Shown: positions 50,500-53,672 of the stretch, piece after piece
How the letters are laid out: each line of letters begins with the position of its first letter
Position numbering within the stretch: the stretch's first letter is position 1
From: Verrucomicrobiota bacterium
GTDB taxonomy: Bacteria > Verrucomicrobiota > Verrucomicrobiia > Opitutales > Seribacteraceae
DNA: 53,672 nucleotides
Assembly: GCA_027622665.1 (NCBI GenBank)
Contig: JAQBYT010000029.1
Location: forward strand, 1-53,672
Direction of reading: 5' to 3'
Notes under the pieces: model-generated
The model's database searches: none
Told to the model about the DNA's origin: nothing
Seen by the model: only the letters and a program-made list of their open reading frames with translations
Position numbers and translations under genes: made by a program

Positions 50500-51367
50500 T
50501 CGCCTCACGGCGCAGGGCACCATCAAATTCAGAGACGAACCGAAGAAAGAGCCCTGCCAAATCCATATTTCCCGCTTGGCGATAATGCATGGCCAAATTG
50601 CGACAACCCCGACTTAGCGTTTCAGCTACCGTCACGGGCAGCAAATAGGAGCCCGACTGCCCCGAAGACGAGTCGCCCAAGAAAGCTTCCAGTTCATGCG
50701 CCTCTCGGAAACGACCTCCGGCCCATGCGTCGATGTAAAAGGGAGGTTCTTCCGTAAAGCAACCGACCATGAAGCGTCCCGGAAGCCCGATCGGTTCTAG
50801 TTCAAAGCCAATGCGTCGGGCCACCAGTAAATAAATGACGGAAAGCGTTATAGGTAAACCTCGACGACGTTCCACGACCTTATGAATAAAGCTGTTGTCG
50901 GGGTCACTGAAATCCTTTGTCGCCCCCCTGAAACCATATTCATGAAAAAACACTCGATTCATAATCCGGCATTGCTCTCTTGCCGAAGTCGGCGGCGTCA
51001 TCAATTCTCGACAACGCTCAGCCATTTCGTCCAAAAACAAGTGACAGGCAGCTATGTCACAGGTCGGAGAAACCGTACGATCCAGTAAAAACCAGCCTGT
51101 TTCTAGTTCATATTTAAGAGAACGAATAAACTCCAAAAAAGCCTGTACTCCATCCGCCCAACCTAATTCATAAAGAAGTTTAGTAGCCCGCCCGGCCAGA
51201 CTCGCATCCAATCCCTGTGCTGTATCTCTCAAAAAAATCTCAGCGGAACCGGACAGACGCTTCAATTCCTCAAGCAAAGCCTTCTTCACGAAGGGCGAGT
51301 CATCATCGAGAAGACCGAGCAGAGCTTTCGCCCTATCAGGAGACAAAGGATTTTCAGTCACTTGCAC
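50492..51367 (-). CDS. Transglutaminase-like (SirB1 / Transglut_core2) protein
   Basis: NSFIHKVVERRRGLPITLSVIY..VARR, GLPGRF, YIDAW; GTG start uncertain (51367 or 51361). Confidence 0.85.
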   Translation of the reverse strand: MQVTENPLSPDRAKALLGLLDDDSPFVKKALLEELKRLSGSAEIFLRDTAQGLDASLAGRATKLLYELGWADGVQAFLEFIRSLKYELETGWFLLDRTVSPTCDIAACHLFLDEMAERCRELMTPPTSAREQCRIMNRVFFHEYGFRGATKDFSDPDNSFIHKVVERRRGLPITLSVIYLLVARRIGFELEPIGLPGRFMVGCFTEEPPFYIDAWAGGRFREAHELEAFLGDSSSGQSGSYLLPVTVAETLSRGCRNLAMHYRQAGNMDLAGLFLRFVSEFDGALRREANA

Positions 51368-51401
51368 AGTGTCGCGCCACTCAGGTGGCCGGGGCAAGCT
51401 T

Positions 51402-52115
51402 TCATATCGAGGGATTTCTTTGCATGCGGTCGCCAAACAAGGCGGAACCGACTCTGACCAAGGTGCTCCCCGCTCGAATGGCTTCTTCCATGTCACCCGA
51501 CATTCCCATCGACAACTCGGGCAACTCGACTTCAAACGATCCCACCAAGCGATCCCGCAATTCACGAAGGGATTCGAAGCAACTCCGAGCAACGGATGGA
51601 TCCTCGGGGGCAAAGGGAGCGATGGTCATGAAACCTTCGACCTTCAAATTAGGGCAGGAAAGCGCCGCTTCCAGAAAGCCATCCGTTTCTTCAGGCAAAA
51701 CGCCAAATTTTGCGGGATCTTTACCCGCATTAACCTGAAGCAATACCCGCAAAAGACAGTTCGAGTTTGCGGCGGCGGCATCCAAACATCGCAAAAGTTT
51801 CTCCGAGTCGACTGCTTGAACGCGGACAAAATTGCCTGGAATGAATTTCGCCTTATTCGACTGCAGATGGCCAATCAGTTCCCAATGCCCTGCTTCACTC
51901 ACCTCTTCCATCTTTTCCAAGGCTTCCATAACACGATTTTCACCAACTGAACAAAAACCCGCGGAAAACGCCATTCGGGCTGCCTCCGTGGGCCATGTTT
52001 TCGTGACTGGCAACAAGGCAACCTCTTCAGTAGAACGACCACTTGCATCACAGGCTGTGGCAATGCGCGTTTTAACCTCGATCAAATTGTTTAGGAAAAC
52101 TTCTGAATTTATCAT
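51402..52115 (-). CDS. yggS: YggS-family PLP homeostasis protein
   Basis: PVTKT, GENRV, IGHLQSNK, LSMGMSGD, VRVGSALFG. Confidence 0.93.
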   Translation of the reverse strand: MINSEVFLNNLIEVKTRIATACDASGRSTEEVALLPVTKTWPTEAARMAFSAGFCSVGENRVMEALEKMEEVSEAGHWELIGHLQSNKAKFIPGNFVRVQAVDSEKLLRCLDAAAANSNCLLRVLLQVNAGKDPAKFGVLPEETDGFLEAALSCPNLKVEGFMTIAPFAPEDPSVARSCFESLRELRDRLVGSFEVELPELSMGMSGDMEEAIRAGSTLVRVGSALFGDRMQRNPSI

Positions 52116-52184
52116 GATGAGAAACCTATAAGAAGAACAAATATGTAGTTGCTTTAGATTAGAATAATTAATTTATGTGTCCCA

Positions 52185-53090
52185 ATGCAAATTCAGAATT
52201 TCAAGACTTTCTGCGACTTGGTCGAAACGAAAAGCTTTTCCAAAGCCGCCCGCTTGAACGGAGTGACTCAATCAGCGGTCAGCCAGCAACTCAAGGCGAT
52301 GGAAATTCATTATGACATGATGATCATCGATCGCAACCAAAAGAAGTTTCGCCTTACCCCTCAAGGGGCTAAGCTTTATACTACTTTCAGTGAAATTCTA
52401 GGATTGTATGAAAAGCTCAACTGCGAATTACAGGAAATGCGCAACATCGTGAGCGGAACCATTCAGCTCGCCACTGTCAACAGTATCGGACTCCACGGAC
52501 TCCCCCCCTACCTCAAAGGTTTTATGAAGGAGTACCCTTCGGTCAATGTGAGAGTCGAGTATCGGAGAGCCAATCTCGTCTACGAAGATGTGCTCCACGG
52601 TTCAGTGGACCTCGGACTGGTAGCCTTCCCCAATAAACACAAGGAACTGCAGGTTATCCCCTTCGCCGAGGACGAACTGGTACTAGCCACGCACCGCGAG
52701 CATCCCTTGGCAAAGAAGAAAAGTGTAAAGCTTTCGGACCTTCAAGGTCTCGACTTCATCGCTTTCGAGCGTGACATACCGACTCGTAAGGCAACCGATG
52801 AAATACTGAGAAAAGCCAATGTCACCATAGGCCTTGTAATGGAATTCGACAATGTAGAGACGGTGAAGCGCGCAATCGAGATCAACGCCGGTTGCGCAAT
52901 CCTTCCCGCCAGCACCATCCGCAATGAAGTTGGCCAGAATCAACTGGTTTCATGTAAGCTAAACGGTGGTGAATTCTTACGACCCCTAGCCATAATTCAC
53001 AAGAAAAACAAACTCCTCACACCCGCTATTCGCTCGTTCATTGAATTGATGAAGGGTGAGAAAAAAGCATCGTCAAAAGACGGTAAGTAG
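52185..53090 (+). CDS. LysR-family transcriptional regulator
   Basis: SFSKAA..NGVTQSAVSQQ HTH plus substrate-binding domain. Confidence 0.95.
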   Translation: MQIQNFKTFCDLVETKSFSKAARLNGVTQSAVSQQLKAMEIHYDMMIIDRNQKKFRLTPQGAKLYTTFSEILGLYEKLNCELQEMRNIVSGTIQLATVNSIGLHGLPPYLKGFMKEYPSVNVRVEYRRANLVYEDVLHGSVDLGLVAFPNKHKELQVIPFAEDELVLATHREHPLAKKKSVKLSDLQGLDFIAFERDIPTRKATDEILRKANVTIGLVMEFDNVETVKRAIEINAGCAILPASTIRNEVGQNQLVSCKLNGGEFLRPLAIIHKKNKLLTPAIRSFIELMKGEKKASSKDGK

Positions 53091-53100
53091 AAATTCTTCT

Positions 53101-53230
53101 AGGTTGGTTCTAACTCCCAATCAAGGTTCAGCAGCATCCCATAGTGGCAGAAAAAAGGGCTGACATTCACCCTGTAAACTTGGCATAAGCCAAGGTGGAT
53201 GAATACAGGAAATCCAGCCCGCTCGAACCT
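53101..53230. ncRNA. Structured ncRNA candidate (6S-like rod); strand unresolved
   Basis: Complementary pairs GGGCTG/CAGCCC, CCTGTA/TACAGG, CTTGGC/GCCAAG, AGGTTC/GAACCT, GGTTGG/CCAGCC. Confidence 0.4.
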
Positions 53231-53269
53231 CCTTATTCTCCAACAGACCTTCCTTGCAAGGACCATGTT

Positions 53270-53672
53270 GGGGACGCATCGCCCATACATCCCGCATGAC
53301 GGTTTCGCTGGATTACCGCGCCACGTTGTGGCTCGCAATGACAGCCTTGGGGGATAACGCCCGAAATATCGAGACGTGCCATGACGCCCGCACCACTTCC
53401 CGCGTTGTCATTGCGAGGAGCGCAGCGACGTGGCAATCCAGCGACCGCGAACCATCACGACCCGGCATCCCGCATAACGCCCCCGCCACTCCACACCGTA
53501 AAGGGGGGACGCATCGCCCATGCATCCCGCATGACGGTTTCGCTGGATTGCCGCGCCACGTTGTGGCTCGCAATGACAGCCTTGGGGGATAACGCCCGAA
53601 ATATCGAGAATAACCAACCACGCCCACCCCACTTCCCGCGTTGTCATTGCGAGGAGCGCAGCGACGTGGCAA
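53270..53672. repeat. Tandem ~235-bp units, each holding an inverted pair of REP-like palindromes
   Basis: gggacgcatcgccca at 53271 and 53506; GGATT(A/G)CCGCG..CTCGCAATGAC (53310-53342) faces GTCATTGCGAG..GCAATCC (53407-53439). Confidence 0.9.

Noticed and set aside
53099..53672. Several short ORFs at the window end
   Set aside because: They are translations of the repeat array and structured region.

Overview
Bacterial chromosomal segment, most consistent with a PVC-superphylum organism (Verrucomicrobiota/Opitutales-like; inferred from the DUF1549/DUF1553 + DUF1501 pair, sulfatase-HEAT fusion, lpxC-fabZ fusion and MORN lipoproteins). All family calls are by motif recognition only; no searches were run. 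Left part (0.8-10 kb): co-oriented secreted/periplasmic proteins (Dabb, GH18, cytochrome-c/DUF1549-1553, DUF1501, sialate O-acetylesterase, NHL, sulfatase), then an uncharacterised ATP-grasp-like ligase, a frameshift-free prfB, cysH, gmhA, a CCA-HD enzyme and a ~940-aa unknown secreted protein. Middle (about 19.9-31.4 kb): a variable patchwork around tRNA-Arg(TCT) with intact and broken MORN genes, an APRT-repeat secreted protein, a low-GC CvfB-like gene, and a decayed island (integrase remnant plus two Tat-exported enolase-superfamily paralogues) bounded by the tRNA and a degenerate tRNA 5' half. Right part: a TolB-like / trypsin protease / unknown / FG-GAP / YmdB cluster, mrp, rpmG, DUF971, lpxA, lpxC-fabZ, an LRR protein, pyc, pilD, aroE, a SirB1-like gene, yggS and a LysR regulator, then a structured ncRNA candidate. 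Both window ends lie in the same REP-like palindrome family.
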